A stretch of 64,000 nt of DNA from contig OZ024742.1 of the NCBI GenBank assembly GCA_964016885.1, positions 186,806,001 to 186,870,000 of the forward strand, written 5' to 3'. The number at the start of each line of letters is the position of its first letter. Within the stretch, counting starts at the first letter, position 1. Source of the stretch: Eledone cirrhosa. Taxonomy: Eukaryota. The notes below the pieces were generated by a model, which saw only the letters and a list, made by a program, of their open reading frames with translations, did no database searches and was not told the DNA's origin. This document shows, in pieces, positions 13,887 to 26,087 of the stretch. Position numbers and translations under genes: made by a program.

Positions 13887-13888
<2 letters not shown>
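12395..13888. mobile_element. Non-coding fold-back cassette of PLE family-A 3' ends (left arm minus, right arm plus)
   Basis: 12395-12610 and ~13585-13888 are inverted copies of the 3' terminus seen at 4120-4400 and 24830-25058. Microsatellites flank both sides. Confidence 0.85.
13692..13756 (+). ncRNA. Type I hammerhead, family A
   Basis: TATTTTAT-CTGATGA-aagcgcacca...tggtgtcctt-GAAA-TATGTA-TA-ATGAAATA. The partner at 12438-12501 (minus) has GAAA reduced to GAA. Confidence 0.85.
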
Positions 13889-13923
<35 letters not shown>

Positions 13924-14108
13924 CATATATTTATATATATATATATAAATATATATGTTAGGTAATTCCGAAGTAAAAGCAAAGGAAAAAAGAGTGCTCT
14001 ATGTATAGAGTAGAGCTATTTAATTACAAAGTGAACAACACAAAATATAACTACTCCATTAGCAAAGGTTTCTGGATCCCAGACAGTATTAATATACGCC
14101 TGGATCGG

Positions 14109-14177
<69 letters not shown>

Positions 14178-14200
14178 TATATATATACTTATATATATAT

Positions 14201-14265
<65 letters not shown>

Positions 14266-14300
14266 ATATAAGATCAAAAGATGGTTAAAAGAGTTCCAAG

Positions 14301-14371
14301 TATTTTATTATGCGCATTTCAAAAACAAATATCATCATGTGATGACATTTGCGTTTTCGTCAGATAAAATA
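14301..14371 (-). ncRNA. Type I hammerhead, family B (left arm of palindrome)
   Basis: Reverse complement reads TATTTTAT-CTGACGA-aaacgcaaatgtcatc...gatgatatttgttttt-GAAA-TGCGCA-TA-ATAAAATA. Confidence 0.9.
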
Positions 14372-14489
14372 GGGATACATGATATGAAGGTTAAAAAACA
14401 CTTGTGAATAGTGAAGTTTTAAATCCACATATCTTGATTTAAAACTTCACTATTCACAAGTGTTTTTTAACCTTCATATCATGTATCCC

Positions 14490-14560
14490 TATTTTATCTG
14501 ACGAAAACGCAAATGTCAGCTCATGATGATATTTGTTTTTGAAATGCGCATAATAAAATA
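14490..14560 (+). ncRNA. Type I hammerhead, family B (right arm of palindrome)
   Basis: TATTTTAT-CTGACGA-stem II-GAAA-TGCGCA-TA-ATAAAATA, with a perfect 8-bp stem I and palindromic stem III. Confidence 0.9.
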
Positions 14561-15053
14561 CTTGGAACTCTTTTAACCATCTTTTGATCTTATATTATTT
14601 ATACTCCAGTCCTACAAACTGTAGAGTGCTTCTTATCCGATATTTGCATTGCTTTATTGTACTACAATAAAACTCACCTCCTACATATATATTTATATAT
14701 GTATGTATATGTATATATAAGCATATACATACATACAAACACATACATATACACGGATATACACACACACATATACATACACATATACATACCCACAAAC
14801 ACACATACACACACACACACATATATATATATATAAAGGTTTCTGGATCCCAGACAATATTAATATACGTCTGGATCGGTCATATATATATATATATATA
14901 TATGACCGATCCAGACGTATATTAATATTGTCTGGGAACCAGAAACCTTTGCTAATGGAGTAGTTATATTTTGTGTTGTTTACTTTCTAATTAAATAGCT
15001 CTACTCTATACATAGAGCACTCTTTTTTCCTTTGCTTTTCCTTCGGAGTTACC

Positions 15054-15109
<56 letters not shown>

Positions 15110-15821
15110 GGTGGCTGCCAACTCGTTTTCGAGTACGACCACTACTTTATATCTATGTAGGAGAACTCCTACCGATGCGCTGAACCAGTGTGACTTTTTA
15201 GTCCAGCCAGCGACTTGAAAACTCTACACTTGTGACAATTATTGACACATAGTGCTGGGCCCATGGTACCATGTGACGACAAGTGCAGAGATATTTCCAG
15301 ATATAAAGCAATGCCTCTGCCGTGAAGCTTTTATAGTGAGCAAATACACTGCACAAAGCCAGTCCCACTCTCTTAACCAAGATGATATTTACCAGAAGAA
15401 CAAGTCAACATCATTGGATACCATCAGGGTTGCAGGTGTTATATCAGAGTTTTCCTTCTCCTAGAATTCTGCCTTGACAAATGCTAAGGTGTCATCTTTT
15501 CCCGGCGTATATATATATGCATACACACATATATATACACACACACATGTATATGAACGTGAAGTCTGCGAACTCATGAGTAAAAAAGTAAATTAATACA
15601 ACAAATACGCATGCACATACATATATATATATAGACACAAGCGTATTAACACACTAGTCTGCAGACATGCGTATGTATATGTTTGCAGACTAGTGTGTTT
15701 ATACGATTGTGTATATGCCCTGTGTATATGTATCTGTATTTGCTCGCGTATTTGTTATACATATTTTTACTTACGAGCTCGCAGCCTTAGCGTATATATA
15801 TATATACATGTATGTTATTTG

Positions 15822-15866
<45 letters not shown>

Positions 15867-15867
15867 G

Positions 15868-16186
15868 ATATATTAACAAATGGAAACTATATTTATAAAA
15901 CCATATTTATTTCATTATACATATTTCAAGGACACCAAGTTAAATTATGGTGTGCTTTCATCAGATAAAATATAATATAGACCAGTTTTATAAATAAATA
16001 TTGACATACCCTTAAAGAATGCGACCATTTCTGTTGGAAGCTCCCGGATAGTGGGGTTATAACTTTATTTTTACTATTACATTTTTACTCCAATACGTAT
16101 TTTTACTCCAATAATTTGTTGAGTGCTTTATATCAGTTATAAAAATATTTGCTTGTTGTATCCCAACAATTTAAATAGAACTTCTA
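15868..16186 (-). mobile_element. Solo PLE family-A 3' end with hammerhead (15908-15972)
   Basis: Reverse complement reads TATTTTAT-CTGATGA-aagcacacca...tggtgtcctt-GAAA-TATGTA-TA-ATGAAATA, between (TA)n tracts. The last ~100 bp are a short opposite-strand piece of the same terminus. Confidence 0.85.
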
Positions 16187-16187
16187 G

Positions 16188-16218
<31 letters not shown>

Positions 16219-16698
16219 CATATATGCATGTATATATATATAATATGTGTGTGTATGTATATGTCTGTATATGTCTGTATATGTATTTATGTGTATGTGT
16301 GTGTGCGTGTGTATACGTGTGTGTCCATGTACATGTATGTTTCTGTATATATATATATATATGTATAAACACATACATATATTTTCCTTATATCTGAATG
16401 TGTGTATGTGTGTGTATTACACACATATGTTTTTTCATATATTGCTATATATTTTGGTATATTATTTTTCTTACCCTTCTTTTATATATTTTTTCTGATG
16501 TATATTTCCCGCTATTTTTCCAGCCTCACTTCCAATTTTTAACAGATTTTAAATCTCATTTCATATTTTTTATATACATAACATGTCTGTATGTTGACCG
16601 ATCCAGATGTATATTAATATTGTCTGAGATCCAGAAACCTTTGGTAATGGAGTAGTTACATTTTGTGTTGTTCACTTTCTAATTAAATAAATAAATAA

Positions 16699-16756
<58 letters not shown>

Positions 16757-16832
16757 CGAAGGAAATGTGGTAAGGAACCAGGTGGACCATAACGCACCAA
16801 AGTACTCAATACTTAGGGTAGTAGAGTGGGTA

Positions 16833-16947
16833 ATAGGAACAAGTAAGACCCCGACGGCTGAGCTCAAGCCGTTTCGACGGCTAATTCTGTCAGAATTAGC
16901 CGTCGAAACGGCTTGAGCTCAGCCGTCGGGGTCTTACTTGTTCCTAT
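16833..16947. repeat. Perfect palindrome, 57-bp arms, 1-nt spacer
   Basis: ATAGGAAC...CTAATTCTG-T-CAGAATTAG...GTTCCTAT. It contains a hammerhead 3' half, GAAA-CGGCT..AGCCG-TC. Confidence 0.95.
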
Positions 16948-17864
16948 ATATATATATATATACAGATATAATATACCAATTAAAAAGTTATTTGTCTCTA
17001 ATATTTCAATATCTCAATGAAAGGATAAAATATACTAATAAATTAAACATTAAAATTGAGCCAAAATCTCTATTTGGGGGGATATAATCTAGACCGACCA
17101 AAATAAGTCAGTTTTACTCATATAATCCCACAAATATAATTTCTGGAAGCACGAAACGATATTAGTTATTTCAAAACTTTGGAATAACGAATATTTGAAG
17201 AATTTAGTTCCGTCTTCAGGGAAAAAGTTCTTTGGAATTCAATGACACAACGCATTGATCCCCATGCGGTCTCCTCTTATTAAACAAAATTCGTTCCCTG
17301 AAGACGGAAATAAAATCTTCCAATATTGGTTGTTCTAATGTTTTGTAGATGTTACATAATCATGTCTTATATACGCATTTCTATGACTCCAGCTTGGAAC
17401 TGTTATGCAGTCGTTAAAACAGTAACCGGTGCCAATGTGAAGTCATCCGATGTTAACACAATTTGTGTGATCTATTGATATCTTGTAGAGTAACGCTACC
17501 CTCTTTGCGAAAGAAAATATAACTCGCCTCTCATACATTCCGTTCTCTTGCATCTATTTTTTTATTGGTCGATTATATGAACTCTAGGATTTTTTAAAAT
17601 TAAGTTAAGTTTGGCCGTCAAACCTCAGCTCGGGAGACCCGATAAACCTTAAATTCAAATAGACTAAATACTACACCCTTTAACAGTCAACTCTTAAATT
17701 AATCAAAACATCCTAGTGTTTATAAGATCAACCAATGAAAAAATAGATAGAAGAGAACGGAATGTAAGAAGAAATAAAAGGCGAAAAAATAAGTCCTCTG
17801 GACATTTGCCAATATGCGAGCGTTAGCTCGCAACATATCAACGCACAAACATTAATTGTGTTAA

Positions 17865-17953
17865 CATCTGATGATGCCACACCAGTGCTAGTTGGTATCG
17901 TAATGAGTGATTGCATAACTCCTCCATGCTGTGTCACAGAAATACGTATAATG
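17865..17953 (+). ncRNA. Type I hammerhead with long stem II, in a diverged inverted repeat (17350-17570 / 17730-17970)
   Basis: CAT-CTGATGA-tgccacac...gtgtcaca-GAAA-TACGTA-TA-ATG. The minus-strand partner has CGGATGA. Confidence 0.6.
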
Positions 17954-19044
17954 AATGTGATTATTTAACACCCGCTTCAACGTTTATTTCCTATATGTAT
18001 ATGTATGTACATAAGTATGTGTGTGTATGTATGGCCTTCTGGTTTTATAATTTCACAAATTTTTCCCAATAGAGAGAGAGTCGGTTTCTAACATAGACAC
18101 AAAACTCTCTCATTGGAATTTACACATCAACTAGGTAGATATGTATGCATGTCTGCATGCGTAGATATGGATGTTATTGTATGTATGGATGTATATGTTT
18201 TGACTTGTATGTGTGCATGTGTATATGCTTTGTATCTGTACATGTGTATATGCAGTTATTAGATGCAACATTTTTCGAATGTTTTACATATTTTTACTGT
18301 TCCATTAATGGATTGTACTTGTAATTTCCTAACTATGTATGTATGTATGTATGTATGTATGTATGTATGTATGTATGTATGTATGTATGTATGTATGTAT
18401 GTATGTATGTATGTATGTATCTGTGTGTGTATGTATGGGTGGGTCTATGTGCATGTGTATGTCCCTTTCTCTCCCCCTCTCCCTCACTCTCTGGCTATCT
18501 CTCTCTCGCTCTCTCGCTCTCACTTTCTCTCTCTATATATATGCATATATGTGTGTCTATGTGTATATATGTGTGTGTGTGTGTGTGTGTATGTGTGTGT
18601 ATGTGTATGTGTGTGTGTGTGCGCGTGCGCGCGCGTGTGTGTATGTGTGTCTGTCTGTCTGTCTGTGTCTCTGTGCGTGTGTCAGAACATATATGTTCGG
18701 ATTTTTCGAAGAAACAAATAAATAAATGTGCTTTTCAAACGAGGTCCTCTAAGATATTTGTTCTGAAACGAGACTCAGTCTACTCCATTGTCAGTGCCAC
18801 TGCCAGAAATTCAATGAACCAGAGATTGAACAATGGGAAACTCTTAACTAACCACGCAGCCGTTCGCTATTGACAATTTATATATAAAGTAAAATATACA
18901 TATACCCAAGATAAAAAAATAAAAAATGTTTAATGCCAATAGTAAGGGCACAACATAGAACTAATTACCTCTTCCATATATATATATATATATATATAAA
19001 TATACATATACATATACATATATATATATATATGTATATATATA

Positions 19045-19088
<44 letters not shown>

Positions 19089-19150
19089 TGAACGGATGTG
19101 TGTTTATTTTATTATTTTAATTGCCGTTCTTTAATTACATAGCGATGATG

Positions 19151-19208
<58 letters not shown>

Positions 19209-19560
19209 CTCACACTCTCTTTGTCCGTTCCTGAATTTGCAATTTTACAACCAGCCATCATTTTTGGTCGAAGGTTACAACGAAAACGAAAGTAGAAATA
19301 TCTTAAACATTAAAACCACCAAAAGAAAATATATTTTAGAAGAAAGTACAGATAAATAATAGACACAAAAATAATAATGAAAACAACGAAAATATGTTGA
19401 TTGAAAACTTTTATTTTAAACCGAAAATTGAGATAAAGAAAAGCAATTCTATATTGCAGGAAAGATTTAATTACTGATGTTAGCTTATTAGATTCTGTAT
19501 AGCTTCCGTTAGTTTAAAAAAAAACAACAAGGAATAATAACAATAACAATAACAACGACG

Positions 19561-19648
<88 letters not shown>

Positions 19649-19658
19649 TAATGATAAT

Positions 19659-19813
19659 AATTGTTTCTACTTTAGGTACAAGGCCAGCAATTATCCAGTA
19701 CATTACTGGTACTTTATTTTATCGACCCCGTAAGGATGAAAGGCAAAGTTAACCTCGGCGGGATTTGAACTCAGACTGCAAAGGGACGTAACTATGTTAG
19801 AAAGCATCGCGTC
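19659..19813 (-). mobile_element. tRNA-derived octopus SINE (Deu/Nin-like core), 5'-truncated
   Basis: Reverse complement of GAGTTCAAATCCCGCCGAGGTTAACTTTGCCTTTCATCCTTACGGGGTCGATAAAATAAAGTACCAG, with an (ATT)n tail. Confidence 0.85.
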
Positions 19814-19959
19814 CTTTCATTTATTGGCCACAAGTGCCAGCATATAGGGGATAATACAAAGACAGGGACAGTGAGGGTTTACAATAAAATTGAGTAAAAA
19901 TACCCAATAATAAAAATAATTAACAATCAAAAAATTTTAAAATTAAATATATAAATAAC

Positions 19960-20322
19960 AATAATAATAATGCTTTCTTTATTAGCCACACAGGGTTTAC
20001 ATTAAAAGGACAATAATGACGGCATAGGACGGTATAGCGTGGGGTTTTGTGTGAGAGAAAGGTCTATAAAGACTAAAAAAAAAAACATTTAACAAATGAA
20101 AAAAAAAAATTACCGAGCGTCACTCATGGAGAAAGCAAAACACGGTAGTCTTGACCGCTTTGGCAAGAGCCCTCTCTAATATGTCCGCCTCCAATCTACA
20201 GATGCATACTCAGATCAAACCCATTCACTCAGACCGCTCTCACCTCTCTCACACACCTTTCAACAAAATGGCTGGAATGAGGCAGTTCCCTCTCCACTCT
20301 GATCTTCATCTTCAAGTAAAAA
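19960..20322 (-). mobile_element. Tx1 3' fragment related to the element at 1-2770
   Basis: Reverse complement ends TGTAAACCCTGTGTGGCTAATAAAGAAAGCATTATT. 20200-20320 matches 2410-2530. Confidence 0.85.
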
Positions 20323-20325
20323 CTG

Positions 20326-20374
<49 letters not shown>

Positions 20375-20393
20375 ATAGTAATAATAATAATTA

Positions 20394-20578
20394 ATTCTAC
20401 TTTTGGCACACGGCCAGCAATTATCCCAGTGCATTACTGGTACTTTATTTTATCGACCCCGTAAGGATGAAAGGCAGAGTTAATCTCGGCGGGATTTGAA
20501 CTCAGAATTGCAAGGGCCATAACTCTCTGCGTCAAAGCATGGTGTCCGACCCTCTACCGATTCTGCAAATCCACCGCC

Positions 20579-20579
<1 letters not shown>
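20394..20579 (-). mobile_element. tRNA-derived octopus SINE, near full length
   Basis: Reverse complement has a GGCGGTGGATTTGCAGAATCGGTAGAG head, a GAGTTCAAATCC B-box and the conserved core. Confidence 0.9.
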
Positions 20580-20626
<47 letters not shown>

Positions 20627-21002
20627 GTAAAGAAATGTAAAATATAATTATATAATGGACCCCCCCCCCCCCAAAAAAAAAAAAACATCAATAACATCAA
20701 CAACAGAAATAACATCAACAAAAAAAAAAAAACAACTACTAGTAAAATATCAAGAAATAAATATAACAAATAAACAAATAATAGTTAACGGTTACCATGC
20801 CAGCAAACCTTAGAAGAAGCGATATTAAATATCTTTATTAGTACATTTATTTGTATTAACGACAGCTTCCAACGAAATATCCATCAAACACTCTTAGAAA
20901 ACATGAGAAAAAAGAACATTGTTTTCTCAGTTTTATTTTCTTTGTTGGTTTCTGTCCAATTATATACATACATACACACGCACATATATATATATGTGTG
21001 TG

Positions 21003-21075
<73 letters not shown>

Positions 21076-21274
21076 ATACACACACACATAATGTATATAT
21101 ATATAATTCATATATATATATATGAATTATATATATACATATATTATATATATATATATGTATATATATATATACATATATGTATGTATATGTATATATG
21201 TGTATGTATATAAATATATACATACATATATATATGCACATACATGTGTGTATATATAATCACACACATATATT

Positions 21275-21349
<75 letters not shown>

Positions 21350-22634
21350 ATGTATTCATTTATATATGTGTGTGTGTGTGTATACATTTATGTGTACATG
21401 TATATGTATGTATATATGAATGTATATATATATATATTTATGTGTGTGTATTTATGTATATATGTATATATACACACGTTCATAATAATAATAACAACAA
21501 TAATAATCTTTATGTGTGTGGAGGGAAGCATAGCAATATGTACAAGAACGGAAGAAAACTTAGTTATACTCTAAATTGACGTTTATTTTTCCCCGTCTTC
21601 ACAGAAGCAGATGACTGTTTTATCTAAATTAGTATTTTATTAGTTATTTTAAATTGTAATTATTTAGTTCTTTGGTTCCAGTTGTTAATTTGTCAGAAAC
21701 AGAAAAATGTTTAACATACGCTTGGAAAAAAATAACATCGATAAATGAAATGCCTTCAAAACATTGCAAATATATGATGGCAGACAACACGTACTCTCTA
21801 TTCTATCTTCACCGTTCTTTTTTCACTCACATTTTTTATTTTATCTTTTCATTTTTTCTCTCACAAACGTCATACACTCTACTCTTTTTCATTCAAATTT
21901 TCCGATGAAGCACGAGCGTCCGAAATGTTAAGACTATTTTTCCATTTTGTTAATTGTACCAAGCGTCAAACTAATATACCATTTTTGCATTGTATTGTAC
22001 TCCTGTATTGTTTTCCTTGGCGGCATATATATATTACTATATTTTTGTCGGATCGCCAGTCTCACGAGCAGATCCATAATGGAGTTGGGTGACGGTGAGC
22101 CATTCCTCTGCGAAACGCGTGTAGCGAGTCGATACACATTAAAAATCTAAATACACATTTTTCTGTTCCCTGTTTTTTCTTGCTCTCGTCTAACTTTCTA
22201 TTTTTTCTTCCATCTCTCATTTTTTCTTCCGATGAAGGAGTAAGATCCAAAACGTTATGAGTCATTTCCTACTGTAACAAACTTTAAACTAATAATATAA
22301 TTGCTGTACTGTATTGTCGTTCTACGATGTTTTTGCATATATATATATATTCACATTAGTAAATAAACTTAAGAAAATTAACAAAGGTAGGACAAGCCAA
22401 CGAACGGAAACAAACAAAACGAAAAACAATTTTTTAAGGGAACCTTAATTTAAAAAAAAAAATACAAACGAAGGAGACAGACCTCAATTATCATTTGCCG
22501 TTGAGACTGACTTGGGCAGTTTTGACTCCTACCAATGGTAATCCTGGTCCATCTGGGGTCACAGCGTCTGATACAAACCGTGGTGTATGTGTATAAAGTA
22601 TAGATCACGATTATAACATTTTAAAACATTAAAC

Positions 22635-25058
22635 ATTTTTCGACGAAAAAGCCCAATACTACAATGAAGCATTAGCTAGAGCAGGATATGCTGATAAGAT
22701 TGTGTACATAGATAATGATAGACAAACTAAACAAAATAATAACAACTATTTTAATTACGGCAACAACCTTAACAACTATAATAGAAAGCATTACAATAAT
22801 TCCAAAGGCCAAAAAAGAAATAGAACTAGGAACATAATTTGGTTTGCCCCCCCTTTCTCACTAAACATTAAAACCCACATCGCTAAACTATTTTTTAAAG
22901 CTCTTGATAATCGCTTCCCTAGAACACATAGGTATCACTCAATTTTCAATAGACATACAATAAAATTAACCTACTCATCCACCAAAAATTTAGCACAAAA
23001 TATTAATAGAGTAAATAATAGGAACTTAAAACCTAGTGATAATAGCATAAATAATATACAAGTTAACAAATGTAACTGTAGAGATAGATCTAAATGTCCG
23101 TTAAATAACAACTGCTTAGTTAAAAATATAGTATACAATTGTAATGTTAATACTGACTCTAATTCTTTTAACTACGTCGGTTCCACATCGACGGAATTTA
23201 AACTTCGCTATAATAACCACAAGAATTCTTTCACAGATCCAAGCAAACAATCTTCAACGGCACTATCAGGCGTACTCTGGCAACTTAATCTAGATAACGT
23301 TAGATATTCGACGGCTTGGAATATAGTCTCAAGAGGGATTCCTTTTAATTCATCCTCTGAGACATGTGACCTCTGTGCAGAGGAGATATTCTTTATACTA
23401 AAATCTAAAAATTCCCTTAATCTACGGACAAATTTATTCAGTTGCTGCAAACATAGATTAAACTCAACGTTTAAATATAAATTTAAATTTAAAATGTAGT
23501 ATATTTAGTTTGATTTATAATTATATGGGAAACTAGCCGATAAATCTTTGATTTCTTCTTTTTATTCTTTTTATTTTTATTTTTATTTTTATTTAAACAT
23601 TCTTCATGAAAAATTAAGCTACCCTAAAAGTTGATGCTCCAAATATTTCGAATAAACGTTACACTAGATAAACTTATATATTACATATAAGAACACGTGT
23701 AGACCAAATGGGCATCCTAAACTTTTTGAAATGATCTTTGCTAGATGCGATTTGATAGATAATTTTTGGCTTTATCTGTTTTTCGACTCTGATGCTTATA
23801 ATGAACTTGGCAATATATTGTCAATTAATTTTGAAGGGTTGATCTTTGTGGTTTATTTTTATTTTTATTTTTATTATTGTAGTATTTTCTAATATTTTTA
23901 TTTTTATTTTTAATATTTTTAATATTTTTAATATGTAATATTTTTAATATGTAATATTCTTTCGTAATATTTTTTAGTTTTCTATTTTATTATTACTTAT
24001 TATTATTATTGTTATTTTTTAGTTTTGTTTCTGATATATATTTTTATTAGTATATTGAAATCTGCTCTCTATTTCTGCTTGATAGATAATCTTGTAGAGT
24101 AAAGACAGGAATAGTAGTAATATTGACTCTATATATATTTGTGTGTATATATATACACATATATGTATACTTAAATTTTTATACCACAATGAGAATGTTT
24201 TCCGTAAACTTAGGGTTTGCAGAGTTGATCATGTAAATTCACATAGATGTTTGTAGTTATCACATAAACATATGAATTTAAAAAAAAAACTAAACATAAG
24301 ATCATTAATTTTCACACATTATGGATACATGTCTCATTCAGGAATACTGATATTTACAATATAGTGGCTGGTTTTTATACATACTAATACCTCTACATTA
24401 AAACATAGGGTTTTTACGCCTCGCCTATGTCTGGTTATTTTTAAATTTTTCTCTCTATATAACAGCTGGTTTCTCTCCATATATCTCCCTTACATTAATA
24501 CTAGAGCTAAATAAATAAATAAATAAATAAATGTATCATTGATACGTTTACTCAACGGACGTCCCACTACCTAGTTTTCTATATATATGTATCTATCTCT
24601 ATTTCCTCTCTCTCTATATATATATATATCTCTCTGTTTCTTTACATGAAGTTCTTCTCTTTATCTATCTTTCCATCTCTCTATTTTGTTCCATGCATTT
24701 CTTCTTTTTCTTCTTTTTCTTCGTTTTCTGTCTTTCTTTCCTTTTTTCTCTCTTTCTTTCTCTCTGTGTACAATTTTTTCACTGCCAATTCAACTTTTTC
24801 AATTACAAGTCGATGTTGTTACGGTATGTCGAATCTATTTATCTATAAAACTGTTTATATTGTATTTTGTCTGAGGAAGGCATAGCATATTGTTAATATG
24901 ATATCCCTGAAATATATATAATGAAATAAATATGGTTTTATAAATATAGTTTCCATTTATTTAATATTGTAAATATACTCCAAATACTTGTCGAGTGCTT
25001 TTATATCAGTTATAAATATTTACTAGTTGTAACCCAACAATTTAAATATAACTTTCCA
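22635..25058 (+). mobile_element. Penelope-like element, 5'-truncated: GIY-YIG endonuclease ORF, ~1.5 kb 3' UTR and terminal hammerhead
   Basis: ORF 22702-23499 has IIWFAPPFSLNIKT, CNCRDRSKCPLNNNC, IVY...YVGST.TEFKLRYNNHK.SF, CDLC and CCKH. Its N-terminus overlaps ORF 5974-6723 (FNYGNN.NNYNRKHYNNSK). It ends at (TA)n. Confidence 0.93.
24863..24928 (+). ncRNA. Type I hammerhead, family A
   Basis: TATTTTGT-CTGAGGA-aggcata...tatccct-GAAA-TATATA-TA-ATGAAATA. Confidence 0.85.
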
Positions 25059-25200
25059 TGTATATATATATATATATATATATACATATATATACATACA
25101 GGTACACATACATATATACACGCATTAGCGATAATGAGGGACAGAGACCGCTGGAGAGAACTCGTCCATGGATCTCGGGAATTTTACTCGCCTTAAATAG

Positions 25201-25233
<33 letters not shown>

Positions 25234-25580
25234 AAAAAATATCTATAAAACATGAAAATTACACACTTAGTTTAAGATTCTTTTACCTTCTCTGTTCTCA
25301 TTTCACAAATAAATAAATATCTTAATATGAATAGCAAATTAAACATAAATACATTATGTTACAAAATGCTTTATCAGGATAGTGAGTCATTACACCATAG
25401 GTATTTGACTTTCAGTTATCTACTAAAACGGATTTCAGCTTTTTTGTTATAATATTTAATCAATATTTAACATTATCTTAATAAATAAAAATGAATGTAT
25501 GTAAGTATATGTGTGTGCATACATGTATGTATGCATGCTCGTATGTATGTATGTATGTATATGCATATATGCATATATTA

Positions 25581-25616
<36 letters not shown>

Positions 25617-25617
25617 G

Positions 25618-25736
25618 AAGGCGTGCGGCTGAGTGGTTAGAGAATTGGATACGCAATCGTAAGGTTGTGAGTTCGATTCCTGGACCAGGCGATGCGTTAT
25701 GTCCTTGAGCAAGACACTTTATTTCACATTGCTCCT
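25618..25736 (+). mobile_element. tRNA-derived SINE (V/CORE-like core), partial
   Basis: A-box CGGCTGAGTGG, B-box GAGTTCGATTCC, then TGTCCTTGAGCAAGACACTT. Confidence 0.8.
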
Positions 25737-25832
25737 TCTACCTGGAGTTGCGACCGATAGATAGTATTAGCAATTGGAAAAACCAACGGAAACATTGGTC
25801 CCTCGGTCCGATTTGACGAAAGTCGATCGATT

Positions 25833-25869
<37 letters not shown>

Positions 25870-25870
25870 A

Positions 25871-25904
<34 letters not shown>

Positions 25905-25908
25905 GTAA

Positions 25909-25948
<40 letters not shown>

Positions 25949-26015
25949 GCATATATATATATACATATATATACATATATATATATACATATACATAAAT
26001 ATATATATGTAAGTA

Positions 26016-26076
<61 letters not shown>

Positions 26077-26087
26077 CTATATCTATA

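Larger units (their letters stand above)
13957..15057. repeat. ~155 bp module in inverted copies (13957-14112, 14836-14882, 14903-15057; further copy ~16594-16688)
   Basis: AAAGGTTTCTGGATCCCAGACA...CTGGATCGGTCA and its reverse complement are directly attached to (TA)n. Confidence 0.85.
11700..15667. repeat. Dispersed inverted repeat pairs: 11700-11923 / 15110-15332 and 12200-12350 / 15530-15667
   Basis: AAAGCTTCACGGCACAGGCATTGC...TTGGCAGCCACCAT is the reverse complement of ATGGTGGCTGCCAA...GCCGTGAAGCTTT. CATGAGTTCGCAGACTT pairs with AAGTCTGCGAACTCATG. Confidence 0.85.

Noticed and set aside
17170-17345. Inverted pair each containing CTGAAGA
   Set aside because: I found no GAAA/stem III/UH/stem I arrangement that closes a hammerhead.
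3130-23499. Selenocysteine recoding, as reported for some Naiad PLEs
   Set aside because: The conserved Cys positions in both endonuclease ORFs are ordinary Cys codons, with no in-frame TGA. I could not identify a SECIS by eye.
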